Both the position numbers and the translations under genes were made by a program. This document shows positions 27,980-36,832 of a DNA stretch of 64,000 nucleotides, piece after piece. The DNA is from an uncultured Pseudobdellovibrionaceae bacterium (GTDB taxonomy: Bacteria > Bdellovibrionota > Bdellovibrionia > Bdellovibrionales > UBA1609): positions 4,584 to 68,583 of the forward strand of contig CAZCYD010000001.1 of assembly GCA_964502735.1 (NCBI GenBank), written 5' to 3'. Positions within the stretch are counted from its first letter, which is position 1; each line of letters opens with the position of its first letter. The notes under the pieces are model-generated. The model was not told the origin of the DNA and did not search any database. It saw nothing but the letters and a program-made list of their open reading frames with translations.

Positions 27980-30271
27980 ATGAACCTAGAACAATATCTT
28001 GAGGCACGCTTAAACCCCTCGCAATTTGAAGCTGTTAAAACCTTAAACGGTCCCCTACTCATTTTGGCTGGAGCTGGTTCTGGCAAAACTCGAGTTCTCA
28101 CTTATCGCATAGCCAATTTAATTGCTCAAGGTGAGGCCAGCCCTGGAGAAATCTTAGCTGTGACTTTTACCAATAAAGCGGCTAAAGAAATGGAACATAG
28201 AACCTTACAAGTTTTGGAAGAAATGGCCATTCCTGCTCACCAAAAGCTTTGGATTAGCACCTTTCACTCCTCTTGTGCGCGCATCCTTCGCGACAAGATT
28301 CATCTTTTGGAGTATCAACCCTTTTTTGTTATCTACGACGACTCTGATCAGCTGGGCATGATTAAGAAAATTATGAATCATTTAAATATTAACGACAAAG
28401 TTTTTCCGGCCAAATCTTTTAGAAGCCGCATCAACGATGCCAAAATGCTTGGACTTTCGCCAGAAGATGTCGAGAATAAAAATTTCTTCCTAATGGACGA
28501 CAAAGGACTTGAAGTCTACAGATTGTACGAAGAAGAAATGAAACGGGCCAATGCTCTAGATTTCGGCGACCTTTTAGTCAAAACTCATGACCTCTTTAAA
28601 ATGTATCCAGATGTACTTGAAGAGTACCAAGATTTATTTCGCTATATCATGGTCGATGAGTATCAAGACACTAACCACATTCAATATTTACTTGTTCAAA
28701 TGTTAGCAAAAAAACACCGCAATCTTTGTGTAGTCGGAGATGAAGATCAATCTATTTACAGTTGGAGAGGCGCGGATATTACTAACATTTTAGATTTCGA
28801 AAAAGACTTTGATGAGTGTAAGATTATAAAACTCGAAGAAAACTACAGATCTACAAAAAATATAGTGAACGCTTCCAATGAACTTATAAAAAATAATACT
28901 CAAAGAAAAAGTAAAGTTTTATTTACAAATAACCAACAAGGAGCCTTAATCACAGTTCGAGAGGAGCGTACCGATTACGATGAGGCCAAGTATGTTATAA
29001 AGACTATTGACTCCATGATGCGAACTGAGCCTTATACTTATTCTAACTTTTCTATCTTTTATCGTACTAATGCTCAATCTCGATTATTTGAAGACCAACT
29101 TAGGTCTCATTCGATTCCCTATAAAATTGTGGGTGGTTTAAAATTTTATGAACGGATGGAGATTAAAGATATTTTAGGCTATATGAAGCTTATTCTCAAC
29201 CCCACCGATGATATGGCTCTTAAAAGAATTATCAACACCCCCGCTAGAGGCATTGGAAAATCAACTATTGCAAAACTTGAAGTGGTATCCAACGAAAAAA
29301 AAATAAGCATGCTCCAATCCTGCGAGTACGTTGCGGACAATCGTCTTGTTCACGCCGGTGCCTGCAAAAAACTGCGTGGATTTCTCCATGTTATAGACAA
29401 TTTGCGATCTTCCACAGAGGGATTAAAACCCACTGAAGTCTACTTACAAATTCTTCAAGCCACCGATTACGTCTTAACTTTAAAGAGCGAAAATTCCCCC
29501 GAGGCCCAAGCTCGCATAGACAACTTGGAGGAATTTAACAATGCAATAGCCCAATTTGAAAAGGAGCGAGGTGAAGAGGCTAGCCTGCAGAGTTTTCTCG
29601 AAGAAATGGCTTTAGTCTCTGACGTCGATCAAATGGAAGACAGTGATAATTCTGTAACACTTATGACTCTGCATATTTCTAAAGGCCTGGAATTTCCAAA
29701 CGTCTTTGTTGTAGGCATGGAGGAAGGGCTTTTTCCAACGGGTCGGTCTTTAGACACCTCAGATCCCGATGCTATGGAGGAGGAAAGACGCCTAGCCTAC
29801 GTGGGCATGACTCGTGCTAGAGAAAATCTTTTCTTAACTTATGCTAAAAATCGTCGAGTCTGGGGGCAAGAACAACAACACCCACCCAGTCGTTTTATTG
29901 GTGAACTCCCCAAAGAATGCCTAAAAATAGAAACTGGAGTCTCTTCGTCGATGTTCCTAAATCGACATATTTACAAGAATAACTCCGATGAGGAATTTTC
30001 CGACTCTATATCTGCATATTCTTACGAATCCAAAACCAAGAGAAACTCTTACGACAGTGTTCCAAACTATGAAGACTTTAGTGATTTACCAAACGAACTT
30101 CCTCAAAAAAGCTCTTATAAAAAGGGCATGAAGGTTCGCCACCCGACTTTTGGGGCTGGCACTATTTATTTAATTGAAGGAGCGGGTGAGAATCAAAAAG
30201 TTAGTGTTCTTTTTACCAACTCTACATTAAAAAAGTTCGTAATAAAATACGCTCGCCTAGAAATTATCTAA
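27980..30271 (+). CDS. uvrD: ATP-dependent DNA helicase, UvrD/PcrA/Rep family
   Basis: SF1 helicase motifs are present (AGAGSGKT, TFHSSCARIL, VDEYQDTN, VGDEDQSIYSWRGA, LEENYRST, TLHISKGLEFP, RLAYVGMTRAR). Confidence 0.93.
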   Translation: MNLEQYLEARLNPSQFEAVKTLNGPLLILAGAGSGKTRVLTYRIANLIAQGEASPGEILAVTFTNKAAKEMEHRTLQVLEEMAIPAHQKLWISTFHSSCARILRDKIHLLEYQPFFVIYDDSDQLGMIKKIMNHLNINDKVFPAKSFRSRINDAKMLGLSPEDVENKNFFLMDDKGLEVYRLYEEEMKRANALDFGDLLVKTHDLFKMYPDVLEEYQDLFRYIMVDEYQDTNHIQYLLVQMLAKKHRNLCVVGDEDQSIYSWRGADITNILDFEKDFDECKIIKLEENYRSTKNIVNASNELIKNNTQRKSKVLFTNNQQGALITVREERTDYDEAKYVIKTIDSMMRTEPYTYSNFSIFYRTNAQSRLFEDQLRSHSIPYKIVGGLKFYERMEIKDILGYMKLILNPTDDMALKRIINTPARGIGKSTIAKLEVVSNEKKISMLQSCEYVADNRLVHAGACKKLRGFLHVIDNLRSSTEGLKPTEVYLQILQATDYVLTLKSENSPEAQARIDNLEEFNNAIAQFEKERGEEASLQSFLEEMALVSDVDQMEDSDNSVTLMTLHISKGLEFPNVFVVGMEEGLFPTGRSLDTSDPDAMEEERRLAYVGMTRARENLFLTYAKNRRVWGQEQQHPPSRFIGELPKECLKIETGVSSSMFLNRHIYKNNSDEEFSDSISAYSYESKTKRNSYDSVPNYEDFSDLPNELPQKSSYKKGMKVRHPTFGAGTIYLIEGAGENQKVSVLFTNSTLKKFVIKYARLEII

Positions 30272-30272
30272 G

Positions 30273-31421
30273 ATGAAATCACACTTGTTGCCTTCTGTTG
30301 CACCCTTGCCTGGCATTAAATTAGAAGAATGGAGCGATTGGCGTTGGCAGGTCAAAAACTCTCTAAAAACACCTGAACAGTTTTCTCAATATTTTGATCT
30401 TACTAATGAAGAGATCGAAGGCTTTGCAAATCCAAATTTTAAAGTTCAAGTCACTCCCTATTATGCAAAGCTAGCGTCCACCGAGCCTCCAGACGGCCCC
30501 ATTCGCAGCATTCTTATGCCCAATATAAAAGAAAAGTGGAGTCCTTATCAAGAAATGAAGGACCCCCTAGGAGAAAACCGCAATCGTCCTCATCCGCGAA
30601 TTATTCATAGATATCCCGATCGACTCTTATTACTTGTTACTGATTTTTGCACTGTCTACTGCCGTTATTGCACCCGTAAACACTTTACCGGCAAGGATCA
30701 GGTCTTTTTAAGAAAAAATGAAATGGAAGCTGCCATTCAATACATTCAAAGCCAAAAAGAAGTGCGAGAGGTTATTCTGTCCGGAGGGGACCCCTTAACT
30801 TTGTCTGATGAGAGAATTCTCTCTGTCGTTGAAAAACTTTATCAGATAGATCACTTGGATTTAATAAGAATTGGAACGAGAATGCCTGTTGTAGCTCCCA
30901 TGCGCATCACGGAAGAGTTAATTCTTAAACTCAAGTCTTATCATCCCATTTACTTTATGGTTCACTTTAATCATCCCAATGAAGTCACTGCACAGGCTGG
31001 AGACGCCCTAAAAAAATTAGTCGACAATGGGTTTCCTGTTTTTAACCAAATGGTCTTATTAAATGGCATTAATAATCACCCCAAACTGGTAGAGGAACTC
31101 TCTCGCAAGCTACTAAGGTTGAGAGTTAAACCCTATTATATGTTCCAATGTGACCCTTCAGAAGGAACAGACCACTTAAGAACTTCTGTGAACAACTCCT
31201 TAGAGATTCAAAGAAGTTTGTGGGGACGCTTAAGTGGTTTGGCTTTGCCCAATCTTTCCTTAGATATCCCCGGCGGCGGAGGCAAAGTCGGCCTAGTTCC
31301 TGATTTTCTTTTACACAAAGAGGGGAATGTTCATCATTTTAGAGGTTGGGATGGAGTTTATGGTCAATATATTGACCCCCCGGAATCTCAAATAAAAATC
31401 CCAAAAAATACCCATTCTTAA
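30273..31421 (+). CDS. KamA-family radical SAM protein (lysine 2,3-aminomutase / EpmB-like)
   Basis: The CxxxCxxC cluster is CTVYCRYCTRK. SGGDPL and further typical KamA-family segments are present (IRIGTR.PV, FNQMVLLNGIN). Confidence 0.85.
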   Translation: MKSHLLPSVAPLPGIKLEEWSDWRWQVKNSLKTPEQFSQYFDLTNEEIEGFANPNFKVQVTPYYAKLASTEPPDGPIRSILMPNIKEKWSPYQEMKDPLGENRNRPHPRIIHRYPDRLLLLVTDFCTVYCRYCTRKHFTGKDQVFLRKNEMEAAIQYIQSQKEVREVILSGGDPLTLSDERILSVVEKLYQIDHLDLIRIGTRMPVVAPMRITEELILKLKSYHPIYFMVHFNHPNEVTAQAGDALKKLVDNGFPVFNQMVLLNGINNHPKLVEELSRKLLRLRVKPYYMFQCDPSEGTDHLRTSVNNSLEIQRSLWGRLSGLALPNLSLDIPGGGGKVGLVPDFLLHKEGNVHHFRGWDGVYGQYIDPPESQIKIPKNTHS

Positions 31422-31736
31422 TCTCGACAGTCAGGAATATACGGACCTCTTCTAAAAGACGGAGAGGGGCTTAGAAAATGGACAAAAATTGTCTTTTGGA
31501 CTGTTAACTTTTATCGAATTCTATCTATTTAAAATTACATAGAAAAATAAACTGTGATTTTTTTGTGTTGAGGCCCATCAAATGGTGTATAAAAATGCGA
31601 CACTTCCTGTGTTTTGATTTTCATTAATGTTATCAAACGGTTGGCAAACCGACCTCTCTTGGACAGGCATTTGAATTGTTTTAAGTGCAATGAAGTAAAA
31701 GTGCGCGCATAAGTTGCGCACTTAAGGAGAGGTTCA

Positions 31737-33083
31737 ATGAAAACAAATATTCAAACAAAGCTTGGGATGCTCGGCCTACTCGGTGTCCTGGCCTTGAACT
31801 CCTCGTTTTGGCGGGGACAACAAATCTTTGAGAGTGGCGATTTTGCATCTAGGTCTAGAGGAGGCAATGCCTTTGAAAGATGTATTCGAGATGCAACGAA
31901 CAAACCTCACTATAGTGAGGAGCTGCTAAAATGTGAAGATCGAGATCGAGGCCTTACCGTCACTGTAAACTTGAGAGACACAACCCGCCCTAAAGACAGC
32001 CGTCACAATGCTCACAGAACTTCTCGTGGCGGGAGCGTATTAGAAAGACTGGGCCATAGCACAACATCTGATACAACAGCACAGCCACCCGCTAGCCAAG
32101 AACAAGTCAGATCTGCTATCGCAAAAATAACCGTAGCGAAAACAACTGTGAGAGGATGCAACAACTGTGAGAAAAAAACTAGATCCGAAGAGCTTTTTAG
32201 AGACATTGAGGGTGGGAATCGACAAGATTTTTCCGATGATCCAGAGGTCTTTGCAGGGCAGCTAATTGATCAAGTTAAGGATCTTTCTGAGGCTATTGAT
32301 GAGGATTTAAAAGAATACAACCGAGAAAAACGTAGAGAAGAAAAAATTGCAAGAGAGTGGAAGCTTTGTAAAAAAGATGAAAAAGGATACGAGTTTGAAG
32401 ATGAAAGCGATTTAAACTCTTGCTTCATGGAACAATTGGCCAACTTAAAAGGACGAGATCTACAAAACTTTATTAACACCCGATATTTCCCTCACCTTAT
32501 GAATATGGCTTTTACAAACCCTGAAGTTGCTAGCGAATTGCGCGGCTTTTTGGCTGACAATGCTGATCGGGGTGGAGCAAATGGAGCCCTATTAAAAGCC
32601 TCCCTAGCTAACTTTGACTCATTCAGCAAAGACTTTTCACAACGTCAAAGAGCTATACGTGATGTTCACCAAGCGGCAAGAACATTACCATCCGCAGAGT
32701 TGCAAGAAAGCTTCATCAACACTGAACTTAAAAAAATCAATCAAACTTTTAGCAACTATGCCTCTCAAAGGATGGGGCACGAAGCTAGCCTAAACCCAGC
32801 ATTGGCCCCTCAGTTTGAGCTTATTGACAGAACTCTAACTACTGGTCGTCCTCCACAAAGTTTGTGGGCCGATTTGGGTAGCGTCAGTGGGCCTTCCTAT
32901 TCTAGCTTTAGTGAGGATATCGCTCGCAGATCTTTGGGTTTAGAAGATCTGCGCCATAGAATTTTAGATGTCTATCCCGAATACTCTCGAACATCAGGTT
33001 CTTCATCAGTTCCTTCTCGTGCAGTTAGCCTCGATAGAACGGCAGGTAACATTAATAGCTTACTTAGACAATCTCGTCGATAA
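31737..33083 (+). CDS. Secreted hypothetical protein
   Basis: AAGGAGAGG RBS and signal peptide MKTNIQTKLGMLGLLGVLALNS. The 448-aa protein is charged and low in complexity. I recognise no family. Confidence 0.6.
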   Translation: MKTNIQTKLGMLGLLGVLALNSSFWRGQQIFESGDFASRSRGGNAFERCIRDATNKPHYSEELLKCEDRDRGLTVTVNLRDTTRPKDSRHNAHRTSRGGSVLERLGHSTTSDTTAQPPASQEQVRSAIAKITVAKTTVRGCNNCEKKTRSEELFRDIEGGNRQDFSDDPEVFAGQLIDQVKDLSEAIDEDLKEYNREKRREEKIAREWKLCKKDEKGYEFEDESDLNSCFMEQLANLKGRDLQNFINTRYFPHLMNMAFTNPEVASELRGFLADNADRGGANGALLKASLANFDSFSKDFSQRQRAIRDVHQAARTLPSAELQESFINTELKKINQTFSNYASQRMGHEASLNPALAPQFELIDRTLTTGRPPQSLWADLGSVSGPSYSSFSEDIARRSLGLEDLRHRILDVYPEYSRTSGSSSVPSRAVSLDRTAGNINSLLRQSRR

Positions 33084-33114
33084 TTAGAAATTGAAACCCA
33101 CTTCATTGTACCTC

Positions 33115-33150
33115 GAGGAACCAAAGTTATGGCTTTGGTTCCTCTTTTTT
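33115..33150 (+). terminator. Rho-independent terminator of the 31737..33083 gene
   Basis: gaggaaccaaag (33115-33126), loop ttatgg, ctttggttcctc (33133-33144), then TTTTTT. The hairpin also contains the last codons and the stop of the convergent minus gene. Confidence 0.8.
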
Positions 33151-34002
33151 ATCTTCGCCCATGAACTCTTTAGCTTTTTGACTTCCACCCTCAATAACTT
33201 CAGAGGTTGTTTGAAGGGTTCCTTGAATTACCTTACCAGACGTTTCAACAGTGCCTTTAATAACATTTCCTGTAAATTCGGCCGTTCCTTTAACTAATTT
33301 GCCTGCAACTCCCATGGCCTCTAATTTTTGAGCAAAGTAATCTACAAATTTGTCAAACTTAAGTGAGAAACTTACAAAGCTCTGAGACCATAGTTGATCC
33401 CCACCTCCAACTCGAAATTCAAACTTGAGATCTAGACGTTCGTGAACAGCTGTTGTAAATCCGTAGCCAATTCCATAGGCAAATTCTGAACGATCCCTTT
33501 CTTCATCACGATGGTTCATAGCCCCCAATAAGATTCTTGCGTGAGGCACGAAACTTTTACTTAGATCAGTAAATTGCCAACGCAAACTACTAAATAGAAC
33601 TCCGTTAGTAAAACCTGAGTGGCCTCCCGATCCTCCAATAAAGTCAGCATACTGCTGACAAGTCTGACTTGGAGAGAACATACATGGGCCTAAATGAAAA
33701 CCTAAACTCCCACCTATCCAATATAAATTGCTAGCCTCCCACATAGAGCCCAATTCAAAGTTGTATTCAATTTTTTCAGGAATATAAGGATAAAATTTTG
33801 TCCACCGTTTTGTCAGCTGCGAGTACCTAGGGTTTTCCGCCTGTTGCTTTTCGGAAGGCACAGAAGCCTCTTCGAGATTTTGAGAGTAAACATCATATAC
33901 AAAAGTAATTATAACTAGAAAAAAAACCCAGGAGGTTTTCACCCCCTGGGCCCTGCCCGCTACCATCAATGATGAATCCCAAGGTGCAAAACAAGATGCC
34001 AT
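33127..34002 (-). CDS. Hypothetical envelope protein with a C-terminal 11-residue repeat tail
   Basis: N-terminal hydrophobic segment is WVFFLVIITFVYDVYS. The middle part is aromatic/Gly-rich and beta-barrel-like. The C-terminal tail is VIKGTVETSGK/VIQGTLQTTSE/VIEGGSQKAKE. The start is uncertain. Confidence 0.5.
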   Translation of the reverse strand: MASCFAPWDSSLMVAGRAQGVKTSWVFFLVIITFVYDVYSQNLEEASVPSEKQQAENPRYSQLTKRWTKFYPYIPEKIEYNFELGSMWEASNLYWIGGSLGFHLGPCMFSPSQTCQQYADFIGGSGGHSGFTNGVLFSSLRWQFTDLSKSFVPHARILLGAMNHRDEERDRSEFAYGIGYGFTTAVHERLDLKFEFRVGGGDQLWSQSFVSFSLKFDKFVDYFAQKLEAMGVAGKLVKGTAEFTGNVIKGTVETSGKVIQGTLQTTSEVIEGGSQKAKEFMGEDKKEEPKP

Positions 34003-35454
34003 CTAGAAGCTAATAGCGGCTTTACTTACAAATCCATAAGCCATATCTGTACTAAAGTTATTCATAGAGCCCCCCTTAAAAGCAGCTCCTGGGAATAGCA
34101 TACCTATTTGGTTGACCCAACTCAACCTTTTGTTGGGACGAAAGTTAAAAGCGAAATCAAACTCATACCCCAATGAGTTGTCGGTATCTCCCCCTGGAAT
34201 AGGATCCGTCTGCAACCAAGCCATTGTTACTTGCGCTTGCAACATCCATTTTTCATTCCACTTATAACTCACACTGGGAGCCACGTAATAGACATTTGAT
34301 AAAGCCTCTATATCCGGCTGATTATGAGTCAAAATTGAATTGTCAGCATTTTGAGTTCCGACAAGTTCTGTTCTTAAAAAATTCTTTTTTCCAAGTGTGT
34401 GATTAAATAATAAAAAGGCAACATCATAATTGCGATCAAATATAAATCCCTCAAATTTATTGGTGGTATCAGGATTATCCCCGGTAGCAAACCCTGTTTT
34501 TAAACCAAAACTATATTTTGAATTATCTGGGCGATAGTCGAGTTCGGCAGCAAGCCCATAACCACTCATAGTGACCTCTTCACCCTGAGCGGTGACTACG
34601 CCGAGGTTTCCTTCTTGCCAACTGGCCTCAACACCAAATCTAAAAACTCTTGTTTCTTTCACCCCGTACAAACTGTAGCTACGTGTACTCAACCGGCCTT
34701 TCCTAGCTCCTGGCCCACCCACAAAAAAATCATTTCCTAATTCAGGAATATCATTTCCACTATTAGCTGAACGCCCTTGATAGAAAAAACCCATCTCAAC
34801 GCCGGATTCCAAGTTTTCGTACTGAAGCTGAACCATCATATCCGTGACATCGTCATTCTTTTCCAAATTCAGGCCCTCAGAGGCCTTACCATACATGGGT
34901 AAAATAAATAAATTCCCCATAACAATCTTATAGCCAATGATGTCCCGATTATCCATCCAATGATCAAATTCACCATTCCCGGCATTGTGAACCATTCCCA
35001 ATCCAAATTGGAGTGGAACTCTTCCAACAACTAGAGCTCCAAACTCTTGAATTATAGTAAGATACAACTCCGTGACTTGTAAGGTTTCGGGCCTTTGAGA
35101 AGACGAAGCCACATTGCTATCGTGCACACTAGATGGGGCACCCGTTCCCACTCCTGAGCCCCAAACAGCACCAAGTTGATTGCTCGGCATATTAGATAAA
35201 CCATAATTAAATAAATCAAAACGAGAACGTATTGTTATGCCGTCAGCAGCTTCAATTCGAGGCCGCAAAATAAGGTGATGCAAGCCGTAAGCCTTTTCTC
35301 TTTTAGAGCTATCCAAACTTGAATTTCTGATGTCATAAGCTTCAGCTCTATATGTACCTGACCATTGAAAATCCCCAGCAAACCCATAGAAGCCTGTTAA
35401 AGATGTAAACAAAAAACAAGATAAAGATAAAATCGAAATGTTATTCTTAATCAT
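34003..35454 (-). CDS. Outer-membrane beta-barrel (porin-like) hypothetical protein
   Basis: ATG at 35454 gives the signal peptide MIKNNISILSLSCFLFTSLTGFYGFA. The pattern is alternating aromatic/Gly beta-strand-like and the protein ends in F (AAISF). The track ORF extends to 35493. Confidence 0.6.
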   Translation of the reverse strand: MIKNNISILSLSCFLFTSLTGFYGFAGDFQWSGTYRAEAYDIRNSSLDSSKREKAYGLHHLILRPRIEAADGITIRSRFDLFNYGLSNMPSNQLGAVWGSGVGTGAPSSVHDSNVASSSQRPETLQVTELYLTIIQEFGALVVGRVPLQFGLGMVHNAGNGEFDHWMDNRDIIGYKIVMGNLFILPMYGKASEGLNLEKNDDVTDMMVQLQYENLESGVEMGFFYQGRSANSGNDIPELGNDFFVGGPGARKGRLSTRSYSLYGVKETRVFRFGVEASWQEGNLGVVTAQGEEVTMSGYGLAAELDYRPDNSKYSFGLKTGFATGDNPDTTNKFEGFIFDRNYDVAFLLFNHTLGKKNFLRTELVGTQNADNSILTHNQPDIEALSNVYYVAPSVSYKWNEKWMLQAQVTMAWLQTDPIPGGDTDNSLGYEFDFAFNFRPNKRLSWVNQIGMLFPGAAFKGGSMNNFSTDMAYGFVSKAAISF

Positions 35455-35568
35455 AGCATCGCACCTTAAAACCTTTAAGGGGCAGCCCCACAACCACCCC
35501 GAATAAATTAAAAACTTTGTTAATAGAGATTACAATATAATAAACGTAAAATAGCGCGCTGGCTCTGA

Positions 35569-36264
35569 TTATTCAACAATTCCAAAAACGTCCTGTTCAC
35601 GCAATATTAGCAAATCCTGGTCTTCAATATTTACCTTAGAGGCTGCATATTCACTGAATAAGATTTTGTCTCCTACTTTTACATCCATGGGCTGAATTCG
35701 CCCTTTTTTATCTTGATGACCTCTTCCTACAGCCAGAACCTCTCCTCTGTCTTGTGCCGAAGCCACTGAGCTGTCAGGAATATAAATCCCCCCAGATGTC
35801 TTATTGCTTTTCCCAATCAACTTCACAACTAAACGATCATCCAGAGGTGTGAATAGAGTTTGTAATGAACCGCTGAGTTTTTTAGATATTAATTTTTTAG
35901 ATGTTGCAGTTAAATTGTTTTTTTCTGGAGCATTCTTTTTGACGACTCCCCCTTTTTTTGGTGCAACTGTCCTTTGAACATTTTTTTTGACGGACGTCTT
36001 CTTAGCTAAAGTCCTCTCTTTTTTCTTAGCAGTTTTTTTCTTAACGTTTTTTGTTTGAGTTGCCTTTTTCTTTGCAACTTTTTTAGTAGCTGCTTTAGCT
36101 CGCAAGGGCGTCTTCTTTATACTCTTTTTTGTTTTTTGCTTTGATTGTAATTTAGACTTTTTTTTAAGCTGTGACTGTGCTTTTGATTTTGCTCCAGACT
36201 TCTTCACTACTGTCTTAGATTTTACTTTTTTCTTAGTTGCCACGACGTTGTGTCTCCTCTTCAT
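35569..36264 (-). CDS. GroES/Cpn10-domain protein with a ~135-aa lysine-rich histone-H1-like N-terminal extension
   Basis: The C-terminal ~95 aa align by eye along the length of E. coli GroES: PLDDRLVVK, mobile-loop-like TSGGIYIPDSS, GEVLAVGRG, MDVKVGDKILFS, LLILREQDVFGIVE. The N-terminal part is about one-third Lys (KKKVKSK, AKKKATQTKNVKKKTAKKK). A possible alternative GTG start at 36243 has GAGGAG upstream. Confidence 0.8.
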   Translation of the reverse strand: MKRRHNVVATKKKVKSKTVVKKSGAKSKAQSQLKKKSKLQSKQKTKKSIKKTPLRAKAATKKVAKKKATQTKNVKKKTAKKKERTLAKKTSVKKNVQRTVAPKKGGVVKKNAPEKNNLTATSKKLISKKLSGSLQTLFTPLDDRLVVKLIGKSNKTSGGIYIPDSSVASAQDRGEVLAVGRGHQDKKGRIQPMDVKVGDKILFSEYAASKVNIEDQDLLILREQDVFGIVE

Positions 36265-36502
36265 AATATTTGCTATACATTACATCCCACTCTGGACTTC
36301 CCTCAACAACATTCCTCTTCAGAGATGCCACCTTGGCCCTAGCCTTTCTATCGACATCTCTCATTTCCTCGCCAAACTTTGTCGCGGCTCTCTTGGCTAT
36401 TCTCATAGCCATATCGTCATCAACAAAGTCCACCATGTCGTCTTTCCAAATTCCGTTAATAATAATTGAAGCCAAATGACTAAGTCTATCATCAGAAATC
36501 AC
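36233..36502 (-). CDS. DUF507-like small protein (paralog 2)
   Basis: 89 aa. MISDDRLSHLASIIINGIWKDDMVDF...GSPEWDVMYSKYYEEE matches my memory of the DUF507 family. It overlaps the upstream paralog by ATGA. Confidence 0.55.
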   Translation of the reverse strand: MISDDRLSHLASIIINGIWKDDMVDFVDDDMAMRIAKRAATKFGEEMRDVDRKARAKVASLKRNVVEGSPEWDVMYSKYYEEETQRRGN

Positions 36503-36777
36503 AACACAATCCCCTTTTGCTGCGCGAGCTTCTTTTTTAGTAGCGGAAACATTTTAAACCTCTGGAAAGAACCTGGATTTTGCCTTTCTAGGTCGTCTAG
36601 CATTTTGTTGACTTCTTCGTCCAAGAGCCTTTCTCTGTTGAAGTCGCCGACGACAATTTCTAGCGCTCTTGCGCTCACCCTATCTTCTTTTGCCTTAAAC
36701 TGAATGAGGTTTTGATCCTTTAAATCTTTCAGAATCATATTGACTAATCTCTGTAAAACTTTATCACTGGGTCTCAT
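36499..36777 (-). CDS. DUF507-like small protein (paralog 1)
   Basis: 92 aa with the same architecture as the neighbouring ORF (SDKVLQRLVNMILKDLKDQNLIQF...PGSFQRFKMFPLLKKKL). It is first in the three-gene minus-strand cluster. Confidence 0.5.
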   Translation of the reverse strand: MRPSDKVLQRLVNMILKDLKDQNLIQFKAKEDRVSARALEIVVGDFNRERLLDEEVNKMLDDLERQNPGSFQRFKMFPLLKKKLAQQKGIVL

Positions 36778-36832
36778 ATGTTACTCCAGTTTAGAATAAA
36801 CGGAATAGGTTAAGAAAAGTCAAGGACAGCGA

